Shown here: positions 33,415 through 43,494 of the stretch, piece by piece
Position numbering within the stretch: the stretch's first letter is position 1
Layout of the letters: every line of letters starts with the position of its first letter
DNA from: Candidatus Magasanikiibacteriota bacterium
GTDB lineage: Bacteria > Patescibacteriota > Patescibacteriia > Magasanikbacterales > GWA2-37-8
Direction: 5' to 3'
Length of the DNA stretch: 64,000 nucleotides
Assembly: GCA_041666745.1 (NCBI GenBank)
Contig: JBAYGI010000001.1
Coordinates: forward strand, 155,095-219,094
Position numbers and translations under genes: made by a program
The notes under the pieces: generated by a model
What the model saw: only the letters and a program-made list of their open reading frames with translations
Database searches by the model: none
Told to the model about the DNA's origin: nothing

Positions 33415-35676
33415 TTAATTTTCCCAAAAACGACCATTATCGAATATGTTTTTTTTCCATTGATAATAGTTTAAAAATTCACACAAAGTAAGCGGTTTGG
33501 CCGGATCAGTATCGTATTTGTATTGTGAACAGTTCAGTTTGCTCGGTATATTATAATCTACCATCCTTTTGCCTGTTTGATCAAGCTGGTTTAGATACAA
33601 TCCAAATTCGTGCATACCCAAAATATTTGGGAAATTTTGGCGGTCATTAAAAATCGAATGACCCTCAAAGGCGTTGGGGGAATTAATGTTGAGTAAATTT
33701 AAAACAGTCGGTGTAAAATCTATACCGGAAGAATGAGTGTCGATTGTTTTTGGAAGAATACTTTTTGGAACATAAATCATAAATAAGTTTTCATCATAAA
33801 AACTTAATTTACCAACGACGTCCGCGAAATAATCTTTGGTGTAAGCTGTTGGGAATATCGCATGATCAGCGACAGTAATCACAATAGTATTTTGATACAA
33901 CGGGCTATTGGTAAATTCATCCCAAAATTTGGAAAAGGCATCATCGGTAGTATGGACTGAATTTAGTAAGTTATTTTTTCCATCACCATATTTCACCATA
34001 TCTTTGGCGAGGGTAAATGGTGGGTGAGTATCGACAGTAGAGAGCATCATCAAAAATGGTTGTTTGGTTTGTTCATTCATCATTTTCCAAGTAGCCGGAA
34101 AAAGTTGATGGTCGGACCAGCCCCAAGACAGCGGTTCACCAGTAATGTATTTTTTTAATTCTTCGGTGCCAAAAAATTTCTGCGTTCCCATATCGGTGAT
34201 AATAGTACCCTTGTTGGCAAAATCTCGATCTACCGCCGTGATATAGGCGGAGTATTGGTAGCCATTATTTTGTAAAATTTTTGGTAAACAGAGGAGGTGA
34301 TGGTGACGCACTCCGCCGTCAGTAATTTCTTCATGTCCGGTTGGTGGTAAAAAAGAACAAAGCTGAGAAAGTAATCCGGTAACAGTAGGGGTGGAGGAAT
34401 TGTAATATTTTTTAAAAATGGTCGTGTTTTTATCCTTGGACATTTTGTCGAGTCCCGGAGTTACGGCGGTCAAGTTGGGATTATAAATTTCACTTAGGCG
34501 ACTGGAATATGATTCCAAAAATACAATCAAGATGTTTGGTTGTTGTTTTTGTAAAGCTGGAGGTAATAATACAGTAGATGTAGTTGGAAAAATATTGTCA
34601 TGGTGGTTCACACTAAATTCGTCGAGATTGTATTTTATCCCGAATCGTTCCAGTTTTTTTTGCACGATTGGGTTTAGTTCAACTGGAAGATTACTGTTGG
34701 TAAAATAATCGTAGAAATTTTTAAATATGTTATATTCGGGCGTAGTTTTAAAAGATGAAAAAGCGATTAACGAAAAAATGGCCAAAATTAAAATAGCCAA
34801 ATCGTAATACCCCCAATATTTTTTTTGAATTTGTTGGTGAGCCAACAGTATTTTTCTTTTAATAAAGGCGAAAATGGTTAAAAGCAACAATAGTACTACC
34901 AACAAGATCGCGCTCAAACTATTGATGACTACTCCAGTCGATCCCTTGGTGTGTTCCAAAATTATCGGGCTTAAATTTAAACCGGAAAAAAATAATATAC
35001 CGGCATTAACCGACCACAAAATGAGAAAAAGCGCAAAAGCGAGGATCCAGATTGTTTTGATCAGTATCGAGGGGATTTTTTTGAATTGCCAATAGGCGAG
35101 GTCGGTGATGGAATACAAAAGTAGCCAAAACATAGTAATCGACCAAGCGCGAAATACAATGACGTTATAAAATTTCACACCGGTATCCACCACCGCAAAA
35201 TGATATGTCCAGTATTGAAACCCGAGGTTGATAAAGAAAATAAACAGAAAAAAATAAAAATACAGAGTGTTGATTTTTTTCCAAACCGCTGAGTTGGGGT
35301 GGATGGACAAAGTTTTTTGGGTGTACCAGAAAATTATTGCTAAAATAAAAACAGCATAAACCATGCTGACTATCTCTTGACGTATAAAATAGATTAAGAA
35401 GATAAGGGAAAAAAACAAAAACAGTCTATCCAGTTGGTGATAAAATTCATTTTCCCAATAAGGGTGTCGTTTGGTTTTGTTTACCAGATATTTGAAACAT
35501 TTTTTGAAGGTCTGGTATCCGACAAAAACCGTCAACATTACCACTAGAGCTTTGCCGACAAACTGTCCATGGTTGTGTTTGGAAAAATGATACCAACTCC
35601 AACCGGAGGCAATAATAAAAGCGCCAATTAAAGAATTGGACGCTAGTATTAGTTTTTTGAACCAATTGTTTGTCAT
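33415..35676 (-). CDS. Polytopic membrane protein with a C-terminal sulfatase/alkaline-phosphatase domain (LtaS/phosphoglycerol or phosphoethanolamine transferase-like)
   Basis: N-terminal multi-TM region followed by a domain containing ...VDTHPPFT.... Start chosen at MTNNWFKK to avoid overlap with hpf. Confidence 0.5.
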   Translation of the reverse strand: MTNNWFKKLILASNSLIGAFIIASGWSWYHFSKHNHGQFVGKALVVMLTVFVGYQTFKKCFKYLVNKTKRHPYWENEFYHQLDRLFLFFSLIFLIYFIRQEIVSMVYAVFILAIIFWYTQKTLSIHPNSAVWKKINTLYFYFFLFIFFINLGFQYWTYHFAVVDTGVKFYNVIVFRAWSITMFWLLLYSITDLAYWQFKKIPSILIKTIWILAFALFLILWSVNAGILFFSGLNLSPIILEHTKGSTGVVINSLSAILLVVLLLLLTIFAFIKRKILLAHQQIQKKYWGYYDLAILILAIFSLIAFSSFKTTPEYNIFKNFYDYFTNSNLPVELNPIVQKKLERFGIKYNLDEFSVNHHDNIFPTTSTVLLPPALQKQQPNILIVFLESYSSRLSEIYNPNLTAVTPGLDKMSKDKNTTIFKKYYNSSTPTVTGLLSQLCSFLPPTGHEEITDGGVRHHHLLCLPKILQNNGYQYSAYITAVDRDFANKGTIITDMGTQKFFGTEELKKYITGEPLSWGWSDHQLFPATWKMMNEQTKQPFLMMLSTVDTHPPFTLAKDMVKYGDGKNNLLNSVHTTDDAFSKFWDEFTNSPLYQNTIVITVADHAIFPTAYTKDYFADVVGKLSFYDENLFMIYVPKSILPKTIDTHSSGIDFTPTVLNLLNINSPNAFEGHSIFNDRQNFPNILGMHEFGLYLNQLDQTGKRMVDYNIPSKLNCSQYKYDTDPAKPLTLCEFLNYYQWKKNIFDNGRFWEN

Positions 35677-35683
35677 GGGGGGG

Positions 35684-36043
35684 CTAGTCTTCGATTTTGT
35701 ATTCTTTTTGAGCGCGCACTTCACGTTTATCTTTTTTATCTTTTTCTCTTTGAGTGCTTTTGTGTTTTTTTAATTCTTCTTCCAAATGGTCACGAACTTT
35801 GTCGATAGCCTTGTAGAGATCCGGTTCGTTTTTGGAAATAAATAAATCAGTGCCGGCTAAATTGAGTTTGCATTCGCATACAAAAATATCGCCTTTGAGG
35901 TGGTGTTGGTTTTCTTTACCGATAATTATGTGAGCGCGTAATATTTGATCGTAAAATTTTTCTAAGCTAGTGATTTTTTTCTCAACATAGTCTTTGATTG
36001 CTTCGGTCAGGTCGATGTTTTTGCCGGTGATATTGACTTGCAT
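35684..36043 (-). CDS. hpf: Ribosome hibernation promoting factor (RaiA/HPF)
   Basis: MQVNITGKNIDLTEAIKDYVEKK is the canonical HPF N-terminus. Confidence 0.75.
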   Translation of the reverse strand: MQVNITGKNIDLTEAIKDYVEKKITSLEKFYDQILRAHIIIGKENQHHLKGDIFVCECKLNLAGTDLFISKNEPDLYKAIDKVRDHLEEELKKHKSTQREKDKKDKREVRAQKEYKIED

Positions 36044-36072
36044 AGATGTTAACAATTAATGAATTAGTAAAT

Positions 36073-37032
36073 TTATTGAATTATTTCCACCTCTGGTTCT
36101 AGCTCTACTTTAAATTTATTATACGCTTTCTCTTTCATTATTTCAACAAGTTTTAATATGTCCGCTTGGGTGGCTTCTTGAAAATTCACTAGGAAATTGC
36201 CGTGTTCCTCGGAAATTTTGGCTCCGCCAACCGTTAGGCCTTTTAGGTCCAGTTGTTCCACGATCCATCCAATCGGCACGGCACCGCGCGTTTGAAATAA
36301 TTCCGGCAACTCTTTGATGTCACCCGGCCATTTGTCCAGCTTGATATTTTTGAAAAAACTGCCGGCGGAAGGGTAGCGTGGAAAGCGTCCGGTGCGTTGT
36401 TTCATATAGGCTTGAGTTTTTTCCATGATTTCTTTTTTGTCTCCGGGTTGCAGTTCAAACCAAGCGCGCAAAATAATATCTTTGTTTGATTTAAAAAAAC
36501 TTTCTCGATAATTAAACCCACAATCCTTGCTTGATAATGTGAGCACTTCGCCATCGCGCCAAATTTCTACCTTGGAAATAGTGTTGGAAATATCCAATCC
36601 CATAGCACCGGCATTGCCTCGTACTGCACCGCCGACTGTACCGGGGATGCCTACCGCCCACTCCAAACCGGTCAAATTATTTTTGGACGCCAAATTTACC
36701 AGTGCGCCCAACTGGACACCGGCTTCAGCGACAATAGTATGATCAACTAGCTCGATTTTTGTGGTTTGTATTTTTATAGTCACGCCTTCCAGACCATTAT
36801 CCGGCATCAACAAATTCGAACCGCCCCCAATAATAAAATAACCAACACCTTCACCATTTAAATAAGTCAACAAATCAACCAATTTTTTGGAATCAGCCAC
36901 TCGAACCAGATATTGAGCCGGTCCACCAATGTCAAAAGTGGTTAATCTGGAAAAAGAAGTGTTTATTTTGAGATCGCCGTATTTTTTTAGTTCGGTGTAT
37001 AGTTGGTCCATAAAAGCGTATTTAATTGCCAA
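36073..37032 (-). CDS. murB: UDP-N-acetylenolpyruvoylglucosamine reductase
   Basis: FAD-binding region FIIGGGSNLL. The gene has the size and order expected of MurB. Confidence 0.75.
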   Translation of the reverse strand: MAIKYAFMDQLYTELKKYGDLKINTSFSRLTTFDIGGPAQYLVRVADSKKLVDLLTYLNGEGVGYFIIGGGSNLLMPDNGLEGVTIKIQTTKIELVDHTIVAEAGVQLGALVNLASKNNLTGLEWAVGIPGTVGGAVRGNAGAMGLDISNTISKVEIWRDGEVLTLSSKDCGFNYRESFFKSNKDIILRAWFELQPGDKKEIMEKTQAYMKQRTGRFPRYPSAGSFFKNIKLDKWPGDIKELPELFQTRGAVPIGWIVEQLDLKGLTVGGAKISEEHGNFLVNFQEATQADILKLVEIMKEKAYNKFKVELEPEVEIIQ

Positions 37033-37062
37033 AACCGTTGTATTTTAGTATAATCTGAAGGT

Positions 37063-38280
37063 ATGAAATTTTCTCTCAAAAAACCCGTTATATATGTAGC
37101 TCGCGATCTCGAGCGTGCTTTGGGTTTGCCGATTACGACCAAAGGCTATTACATTATCTCAAATTATACCTCATTTGCCAATAGTTTGGTTAAAGGTAGG
37201 AAAAATGTGTTGTTGGTGAAAAGTGGCCAGATTTTGGATACTCGCGAATTATTGAACCATCAGACGGCCGTTAATTTTATCAATAATATAAAAGATGCTC
37301 AATTGTTGGTTTTCAAAAACACACCCCAAATCGAAAAAATTTGTTTGGAGCATGATTGGGTATTGCTAAACCCACCAGCCAGTTTGTCCGCAAAAGTGGA
37401 AGAAAAAATTTCTCAGGTAAAATGGCTCGGTGGTTTGAAAAAATATTTACCGAGATTTTCAGTGCGTATCACCAAAGAAATATTTTGGGAGGGAAAGCCG
37501 TTTATTTTACAATTCAATCGGGCGCACACCGGCAGTGGCACTATTTTGGTAGAAAACGAAAAACAACTGTCGGATATTCAAACGAAATTTCCATTGCGCG
37601 AAGTGCGGGTCACCCAATTTATTTCCGGTCCGATATTTACCAACAACAATATTGTTTGGGGAAATAAAGTTTTGGTAGGAAATATCAACTACCAGATAAC
37701 CGGTTTGAAACCATTTACCAACAATCGTTTTGCGACGGTGGGCAATGATTGGTCTTTGCCACATGAAATTTTATCGGCCAAACAAAAAAAGGAATACGCC
37801 GAGATGGCCACGGCAATCGGAAAAAAATTGGCGCAAGATGGCTGGAAAGGTTTGTTTGGAATAGATGTGGTGCAAGATGAAAAAACCGGTCAGTTGTATT
37901 TGATAGAAATAAACGCTCGTCAACCGGCGAGTACCAGCTTTGAGTCGTATTTGCAACTTCATTGTCATTCCGACCCGCTTCGCCGTAGCTTCAGCGAGGC
38001 GAGCCGAGCGGAGGAATCCCTGACGACTTTCCAAGCCCATTTGTCGGCTTTACAAGATGAAAAAAATGCCGGCGTACATTTGATCAAAATCACCACCGGC
38101 GCGCAAATTACTCAAAAAGTTGTTGCCGGTCTAGGTGATAAAAAAATAGCAACACTCACACGAAAATTAATTACCAAAAAATTCAAAATTTTTTTATACG
38201 ATAATCATGAAATAGAAAAAGATTTGTTACGTATTCAAACTAAAAAATCAATGTATGACATTATCTCCCAAATCCAATAA
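37063..38280 (+). CDS. ATP-grasp domain protein with an in-frame repeat-derived insert
   Basis: GLFGIDVVQDEKTGQLYLIEINARQPAS is an ATP-grasp C-terminal motif. The insert HCHSDPLRRSFSEASRAEESLTT is encoded by a type-B repeat. Confidence 0.55.
   Translation: MKFSLKKPVIYVARDLERALGLPITTKGYYIISNYTSFANSLVKGRKNVLLVKSGQILDTRELLNHQTAVNFINNIKDAQLLVFKNTPQIEKICLEHDWVLLNPPASLSAKVEEKISQVKWLGGLKKYLPRFSVRITKEIFWEGKPFILQFNRAHTGSGTILVENEKQLSDIQTKFPLREVRVTQFISGPIFTNNNIVWGNKVLVGNINYQITGLKPFTNNRFATVGNDWSLPHEILSAKQKKEYAEMATAIGKKLAQDGWKGLFGIDVVQDEKTGQLYLIEINARQPASTSFESYLQLHCHSDPLRRSFSEASRAEESLTTFQAHLSALQDEKNAGVHLIKITTGAQITQKVVAGLGDKKIATLTRKLITKKFKIFLYDNHEIEKDLLRIQTKKSMYDIISQIQ
37964..38020 (+). repeat. Type-B REP-like element (GTCATTCCGA...GGAGGAATCCC) inserted in-frame
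   Basis: Shares its termini with the inverted repeats flanking the GIY-YIG gene (GTCATTCCGAGCGAAGCCGAGGAATCCC). Confidence 0.6.
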
Positions 38281-39055
38281 AATTTTAGAAGAATATTTTA
38301 ATTTGCCATTTGACAATGTCACTGGGATACGTTGTCCTTATTTTAATAATGCTCGCCGTAGACAGCGGGCGCAGTTGCGGGTGTTGGTAGGCAAAGGAAC
38401 GCCCAAAGAAATTTTGGAAGAAGCGAAAATTATTTCTATTCAATATCATGCCGGCTTGTTTGATAAAACCGGACATTGTTGTCTGCACAATGAACATACC
38501 GGAGAAAAATCCAACGCTGATGAAGTTCGGAAATTTTTGATTGACAACAACCTAGGGGTGGAGTGCTCAGGTTTTGTTACTCAAATTTTGCGAGCGCATT
38601 TCAAAGAAACAAAAGGCGTGGATTTGGTGCGTAAATTTTTTATTGTTTCACCGAAAAATTTTATCCGTTGGATTATTGCAAAATTGCGTCCGATAGAAAA
38701 TATCGGAGTGACGACTTATGCTGATGAAAAAAATACCAACCCAATTTCTTGGCAGGAATCACAGGTGGGCGATGTAATAGTTTTTTTGGAAACAAAAGCG
38801 AAATACCAACGCAATCATATCATGCTTATCACCGATAAAACCAATGAAGTTATTCGCTATGCTCACGCGCGCGCTTGGAATAGTGAGGGAAAATACGGGC
38901 ATGGAGTATCCAAAGGGGAGATAAAAATTGTGAATTTGCAAGGGGATTTATTAAAACAAGAATGGACGGAACAGGGGAAAACAAACGAACAAAATGAAAC
39001 ATTTTTGGAAGCTAAAAGCGCCCAAGTTTTGGAAGTTAGACGAATAATTTTGTAA
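38255..39055 (+). CDS. Hypothetical protein
   Basis: 266-aa ORF overlapping the previous stop. No recognisable motif. Confidence 0.45.
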   Translation: MTLSPKSNKILEEYFNLPFDNVTGIRCPYFNNARRRQRAQLRVLVGKGTPKEILEEAKIISIQYHAGLFDKTGHCCLHNEHTGEKSNADEVRKFLIDNNLGVECSGFVTQILRAHFKETKGVDLVRKFFIVSPKNFIRWIIAKLRPIENIGVTTYADEKNTNPISWQESQVGDVIVFLETKAKYQRNHIMLITDKTNEVIRYAHARAWNSEGKYGHGVSKGEIKIVNLQGDLLKQEWTEQGKTNEQNETFLEAKSAQVLEVRRIIL

Positions 39056-39057
39056 TT

Positions 39058-39564
39058 ATGGTGATGACCTTTTTGTCAGCAATCGTCGTCCTGTTGATTT
39101 TTTTATTGGTGGTGATGGTTTTTTCTCCATTGTTTTTGGGAGTGCCGTTTTTACCAACTCATAAAAAGCAAGCTATCAAAATGATTGAATTGGCCCAAAT
39201 AAAAACCGGGACAAAAGTTGTCGACTTGGGATCAGGCGCGGGACGGCTTTTGTTTTTGGCGGCCAAGTCGGGGGCGCAGGCGACAGGGTATGAGCTCAAT
39301 CCATTTTTGGTTTTGTGGACAAGAATGATAATTTTGCTCACCGGACAACGAGATCAAATAAAAGTTTTTTATAAATCAATTTACGACGCGGATATCAAAG
39401 ATGTGGATGTGATTTTGATGTTTTTATTTCCTCCACATATGAAAAAAATGATTGAAAAACTGAAAGAGGCAAAACCGGGGACAATAATATTGTCTTATGC
39501 TTTTGCCTTGCCGGAGTGGCAGTTGATAAAAAAGGAGCAGGGGATATATGTTTATAAAAGATAA
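39058..39564 (+). CDS. Class I SAM-dependent methyltransferase
   Basis: Motif I VVDLGSGAGRL, with N-terminal TM helices. Confidence 0.6.
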   Translation: MVMTFLSAIVVLLIFLLVVMVFSPLFLGVPFLPTHKKQAIKMIELAQIKTGTKVVDLGSGAGRLLFLAAKSGAQATGYELNPFLVLWTRMIILLTGQRDQIKVFYKSIYDADIKDVDVILMFLFPPHMKKMIEKLKEAKPGTIILSYAFALPEWQLIKKEQGIYVYKR

Positions 39565-39567
39565 AAA

Positions 39568-39596
39568 TTGACTTGATTGACTTTTTTTGGTAAGAT
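39568..39596 (+). promoter_or_regulatory. sigma70-like promoter for the tRNA (TTGACT-17-TAAGAT)
   Basis: TTGACT at 39568-39573 and TAAGAT at 39591-39596. Confidence 0.5.
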
Positions 39597-39619
39597 TTTG
39601 TTCAGTTAGTTATTTATTT

Positions 39620-39691
39620 GGCCTGTTCGTCTAATGGTTAGGACTTTACCTTCTCAAGGTAGAAATACGGGTTCGATTCCCGTACGGGCTA
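39620..39691 (+). tRNA. tRNA-Glu (anticodon CUC)
   Basis: Manual fold. Acceptor GGCCTGT/ACGGGCT (two G-U pairs). D-arm GTCT-AATGGTTA-GGAC resembles the E. coli tRNA-Glu D-arm. Anticodon stem TTACC/GGTAG with loop TTCTCAA (U33, CTC, A37). T-arm ACGGG-TTCGATT-CCCGT. CCA is not encoded. Confidence 0.65.
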
Positions 39692-39782
39692 CGATTTTAA
39701 AACTTCTCGGATTTTTGGTAAAAATTTGATTGGCGGTGTGTAACGCCACCCAGTGTTTTTGTTAAAAGATAATTTAATAATA

Positions 39783-40856
39783 CTACTGACAACTAGTCTT
39801 CACATTGATAGCCCCGCACGCCCGACAAACTCGTAAATAATTTTGGCATGTGCCTTTGTTTGTTCCACTGTAATTGTAGTTTCGGTAATAGCCACTTTTT
39901 TGGCAACCGGAACAGTTGGTAAAATAAGTGGTTGCTTTTTTGGTTGTTTTGCTGGTTGCTTTGTTTTTACAACTATACGCGCTACACAATCCGCCGGCGC
40001 CCCAAGTGCAGGTTTGATTACTGGAACAATAAAAACATTTTCCGAGGTTTTCCGTTTTACTTACCACATCTGTTCCGGCGTATTTAACGTCGCATTGGCC
40101 ACAGAGTGTGGAATTGGCTTTGGTTGGACAAGGTTTTTGGAAAGTAACGGAACAACTCGTACGTGTGAGCATTGGCATCGGATCCATACCGCTGTATGGA
40201 TTTTTGGAAACCGGATGATCGCCGACTTGTGTGTCGGCCGGTATGGGATTTTGTGGTACATATTTACCAACATCACCGGTGAATGTCATATTTATAACTC
40301 CTGACTCAGTTGCTCCGCTCGCAAATTTAGCGGTAAAATTCAATGAACAATTTTTTGTGCCGGCGTAAATAGTGTGAAAAAAACATTCAAAATATTTATT
40401 ATTTTTGTGTATTCTCATCACATTCGTAGCCGTGGTGCCAAAAGTGACGGTGTCGCCCAGAGTGGAAACTTGCGTGTCAAAATCGTTTGGCAACAACACA
40501 CCCAATTCAAGCATGTCTGTCGGTAAACGACTGGCCGTCGTTGGGAAAGCATTACAAATAGTTTGTTGCAAACTATTTTCCGCGCTAGTTAAACTGACAG
40601 CTGGTTTAGCGACAACGACATTGTTAGCTGGGTTTGTAGTCGCGCCAGTATCGTAGGTCGCATTCGTGCCTTGATTTATATTGTAGATTGGCGGAACATA
40701 CACCGGCGTTGGCGGTTTGGGCACGCCATAGTCTTGCGCCAAAGTAACACCGACAATCATCGCTATCGCGACCAGCACCATACCGCCCCAGATAAAAATT
40801 TCCTTTTTTTTCAAATTTTTTATCATTGCGATTTCTCGTTTTTTTGTTTTTTTCAT
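39783..40856 (-). CDS. Secreted or membrane-anchored hypothetical protein with a Cys-rich C-terminal region
   Basis: N-terminal TM/signal anchor. C-terminal ...CGQCDVKYAGTDVVSKTENLGKCFYCSSNQTCTWGAGGLCSAYSCKNK.... Confidence 0.5.
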   Translation of the reverse strand: MKKTKKREIAMIKNLKKKEIFIWGGMVLVAIAMIVGVTLAQDYGVPKPPTPVYVPPIYNINQGTNATYDTGATTNPANNVVVAKPAVSLTSAENSLQQTICNAFPTTASRLPTDMLELGVLLPNDFDTQVSTLGDTVTFGTTATNVMRIHKNNKYFECFFHTIYAGTKNCSLNFTAKFASGATESGVINMTFTGDVGKYVPQNPIPADTQVGDHPVSKNPYSGMDPMPMLTRTSCSVTFQKPCPTKANSTLCGQCDVKYAGTDVVSKTENLGKCFYCSSNQTCTWGAGGLCSAYSCKNKATSKTTKKATTYFTNCSGCQKSGYYRNYNYSGTNKGTCQNYLRVCRACGAINVKTSCQ

Positions 40857-40879
40857 AGTGAAATGAGTGAGAGAAATAA

Positions 40880-41854
40880 TTATTTTAAAGGTAAGCTAAG
40901 TGAATAAGTGGATTCCACACCGGTGCTGATACCATCATTTGTTTTTCCACTTTTGCTGGCGTCAATATTATATCTTATTTTATCATCTTTTTCTTCAGAC
41001 AGTAGAGGCATTTGAGATTTTAAAATTACCACTCCATTTTTTACAGTCGCAGTGAGACCGGAGATGTTGGAACTGTCGGTAATAGTCATTTTACCATCTA
41101 TGCGTTGTAAATTAATTTTTAAAGGAAAAAGACAAGGGTTGATACCGTCGTTCTCATATGGATGACAATAGACAACGCGTAAATTATAGGAATTTGCGCC
41201 AACATCTTTGAATTGGAGTGAAAAATTATCTCCATTTTTTGGCGCTGTGAGTGGAGAGGTGATTACCGGTTGATCCATGTGACCACCATAGGGGATTGTG
41301 ATTTTTTGTTCGGCGTAGGTGTTGTCTTGGAAGGCCACTTTGATGAGAACATCAATGGGTTTGTCGGTGGCGGTGATATCCAAAGTGCAGGAATGGGGTA
41401 AGCCAACATAATCGCAACTCGCGCCCATGTCGCGTTTTTGGTCAAATTTACCGTAATCGGCAACCATTCTTTTTGGTTGAATGGCGACCGGCAAATCACC
41501 GGTGTATGCGCTAATACCTACACACTTGGTTTGATCCAATTTCAAATCCGGTCGCGCTAAAAGTATAGTGATTCCTCGCTGTTCTGTAAGTTTCAAATCA
41601 GGACGCACGCCTGGACGCTCAACAACACCAAGAAGTTTGACGGTCATAGTGGTGGTTGCGAGTTTTTCAATATCAAAACTCGGGTCGCGTCCCCATCTGT
41701 CTTTGAGTGTTGGGGTGGTATGACAAATATCTCCTGTAACGGTAGAAATTATCGTGTTTATATTTATTTTATTTGGGTGAGAAAAAGAATAAGTGATATA
41801 AATTAATATCATTGCCGTGAGTATTGTTCCGCCCCAAATAAATATTTTTTTCAT
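40880..41854 (-). CDS. Secreted hypothetical protein
   Basis: N-terminal signal anchor MKKIFIWGGTILTAMILIYI. Confidence 0.5.
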   Translation of the reverse strand: MKKIFIWGGTILTAMILIYITYSFSHPNKININTIISTVTGDICHTTPTLKDRWGRDPSFDIEKLATTTMTVKLLGVVERPGVRPDLKLTEQRGITILLARPDLKLDQTKCVGISAYTGDLPVAIQPKRMVADYGKFDQKRDMGASCDYVGLPHSCTLDITATDKPIDVLIKVAFQDNTYAEQKITIPYGGHMDQPVITSPLTAPKNGDNFSLQFKDVGANSYNLRVVYCHPYENDGINPCLFPLKINLQRIDGKMTITDSSNISGLTATVKNGVVILKSQMPLLSEEKDDKIRYNIDASKSGKTNDGISTGVESTYSLSLPLK

Positions 41855-41860
41855 AGATAA

Positions 41861-42271
41861 TTATTTTACATCAACTAATAAAAGAAGTTGGCCGATAGCG
41901 TCTTTTAATTCTCCATCGCAATGATCCAATCCTTCTATCATCGAAGTTATCCACTGGCCATTGAATTGGTTTTTGAGATAATTACAATTCATCTGTTTGT
42001 CTTGTAGTAATTTTTTAATAAGATCATTTTCATTTTTATTCAAAGCTACCACTTGTTTTGTTAAAGCGCAATTATTGCCTGTGCCTTCGCCAATGGAATA
42101 AGACATTGTACCGACAGTAGTCGCTTCCTCATAAGTTGCCGGCGCGCATTGGTCAGCCTTGGTGATAAAACATTTCAAGTCAGCGCATCTGGTAGGAATA
42201 CGCGCATAAAATATTATCAACAATAAACTGATAATTCCTATTATTAAAAATATTTTTAATTTTTTGCGCAT
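41861..42271 (-). CDS. Small secreted hypothetical protein
   Basis: Signal anchor MRKKLKIFLIIGIISLLLIIF. Four Cys residues. Confidence 0.5.
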   Translation of the reverse strand: MRKKLKIFLIIGIISLLLIIFYARIPTRCADLKCFITKADQCAPATYEEATTVGTMSYSIGEGTGNNCALTKQVVALNKNENDLIKKLLQDKQMNCNYLKNQFNGQWITSMIEGLDHCDGELKDAIGQLLLLVDVK

Positions 42272-42277
42272 ATATTT

Positions 42278-43378
42278 TTATTGAGCTATATTCAGTGTTT
42301 TTATTTCTTTATCAAATCGGTCGGAAAAAGAAAAAGCTCGGGAAAATTTTTCAATATTTTTCGCCACGATTTTTTTAGCCGATGTTAATGGTTGAACCAA
42401 TGTGTCCAAATTATTATTTAATCCAGCGAGAAAAGGGGATGTTTTTGTCGTGGGTATTTCTATGATATTCTCATTGGGTTGCATGTCCTGTATTAGTTTT
42501 ATTCTGATTGCCGGATTGTTGACTGAGTCAAGTAGCTGTTGGTATTTGAAAGGATTTCTGCTTTTCTGCGACATTAGTGCGTCGCGATAATTTTCGTAGG
42601 ATTGCGCATTGTTGCCTTGCCATTTGGACAAAGTGCCCAATTGCCATAAAGCATCCGGGCTACCACTGTCTATCGCTAAAATATCTTGCAATTGAGTTTT
42701 TAAATTTTGTAATTTAGTGTCATAGATTTTTTTTAAATTCACTATTTCGGATTTACTGTCGCCTTTTTTAAGGGCGTTTTCATAATCGCCCTTGGCGTTA
42801 ACAACCTCGGTACCAAGTGGTCTGAGCTGTTTCAAGTTATTTTGCGCATATTCCGCGTCCGTAGCGGGTTTGAACAATGGCGGTTTGCTGTAATACTGTT
42901 TGATCACGGCAACTTCCGCTTTGTGTTGTTTGTTGTAAGTCGCCATCACTGCGTCCAATAACGCTCCTGAATCACTCAACTCGGGTTTGTTGGAATTTGT
43001 TTTCTTGGGTAATTTCACAGGAAGTTTTGGTTGTTTTGGTTGTGTTGATTTCTGCGCTTCCGGCGGATTATTTGGGATAATACCACCCGAACCAACCACC
43101 GGTTCGCTTGGCGACTCGTCCGTGTCTACTGTTTGGTCTTGGGTTTGTTCGGAGTTGTCAATTTCCAAAATCGGTTCTATTGGAGTATTTTCGACTGTGT
43201 TTTCTCTACATCCGCCGGTAGATAGGTCAACTTCACAACCCGGTCCGACTGGTGGTACATCGCCAAACGCTTGAGCCAACGCCCATTCCACTTTTGCCGT
43301 ATTTGTCATTACCAATAAACCCAAAACAATAATAACAAATGAAGTAATTATTTTATTTTTATAATTATGTTGTGGCAT
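42278..43378 (-). CDS. Secreted hypothetical protein
   Basis: N-terminal signal anchor, a Pro/Ser-rich linker and a C-terminal helical domain. Confidence 0.5.
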   Translation of the reverse strand: MPQHNYKNKIITSFVIIVLGLLVMTNTAKVEWALAQAFGDVPPVGPGCEVDLSTGGCRENTVENTPIEPILEIDNSEQTQDQTVDTDESPSEPVVGSGGIIPNNPPEAQKSTQPKQPKLPVKLPKKTNSNKPELSDSGALLDAVMATYNKQHKAEVAVIKQYYSKPPLFKPATDAEYAQNNLKQLRPLGTEVVNAKGDYENALKKGDSKSEIVNLKKIYDTKLQNLKTQLQDILAIDSGSPDALWQLGTLSKWQGNNAQSYENYRDALMSQKSRNPFKYQQLLDSVNNPAIRIKLIQDMQPNENIIEIPTTKTSPFLAGLNNNLDTLVQPLTSAKKIVAKNIEKFSRAFSFSDRFDKEIKTLNIAQ

Positions 43379-43454
43379 ATGAAATAATGATGGGCGAAAT
43401 CTTTTTAGTCCGTAATATCCTTTTCAAATATATTATACCATATACTCGTATTTT

Positions 43455-43468
43455 GTGGTATAATAATG
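43455..43468 (+). promoter_or_regulatory. Extended -10 promoter (TGTGGTATAAT)
   Basis: TTTTGTGGTATAATAATG, about 27 nt upstream of the 43495 ATG. Confidence 0.5.
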
Positions 43469-43494
43469 TCAATAAAAAAACCAATAATAATTTT

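Noticed and set aside
39620-39691. tRNA on the minus strand, or a different isotype
   Set aside because: The T-loop TTCGATT and the GG-containing D-loop only make sense on the plus strand. The 7-nt anticodon loop TTCTCAA gives CUC (Glu). The acceptor stem needs two G-U pairs, which lowers confidence but is tolerable.
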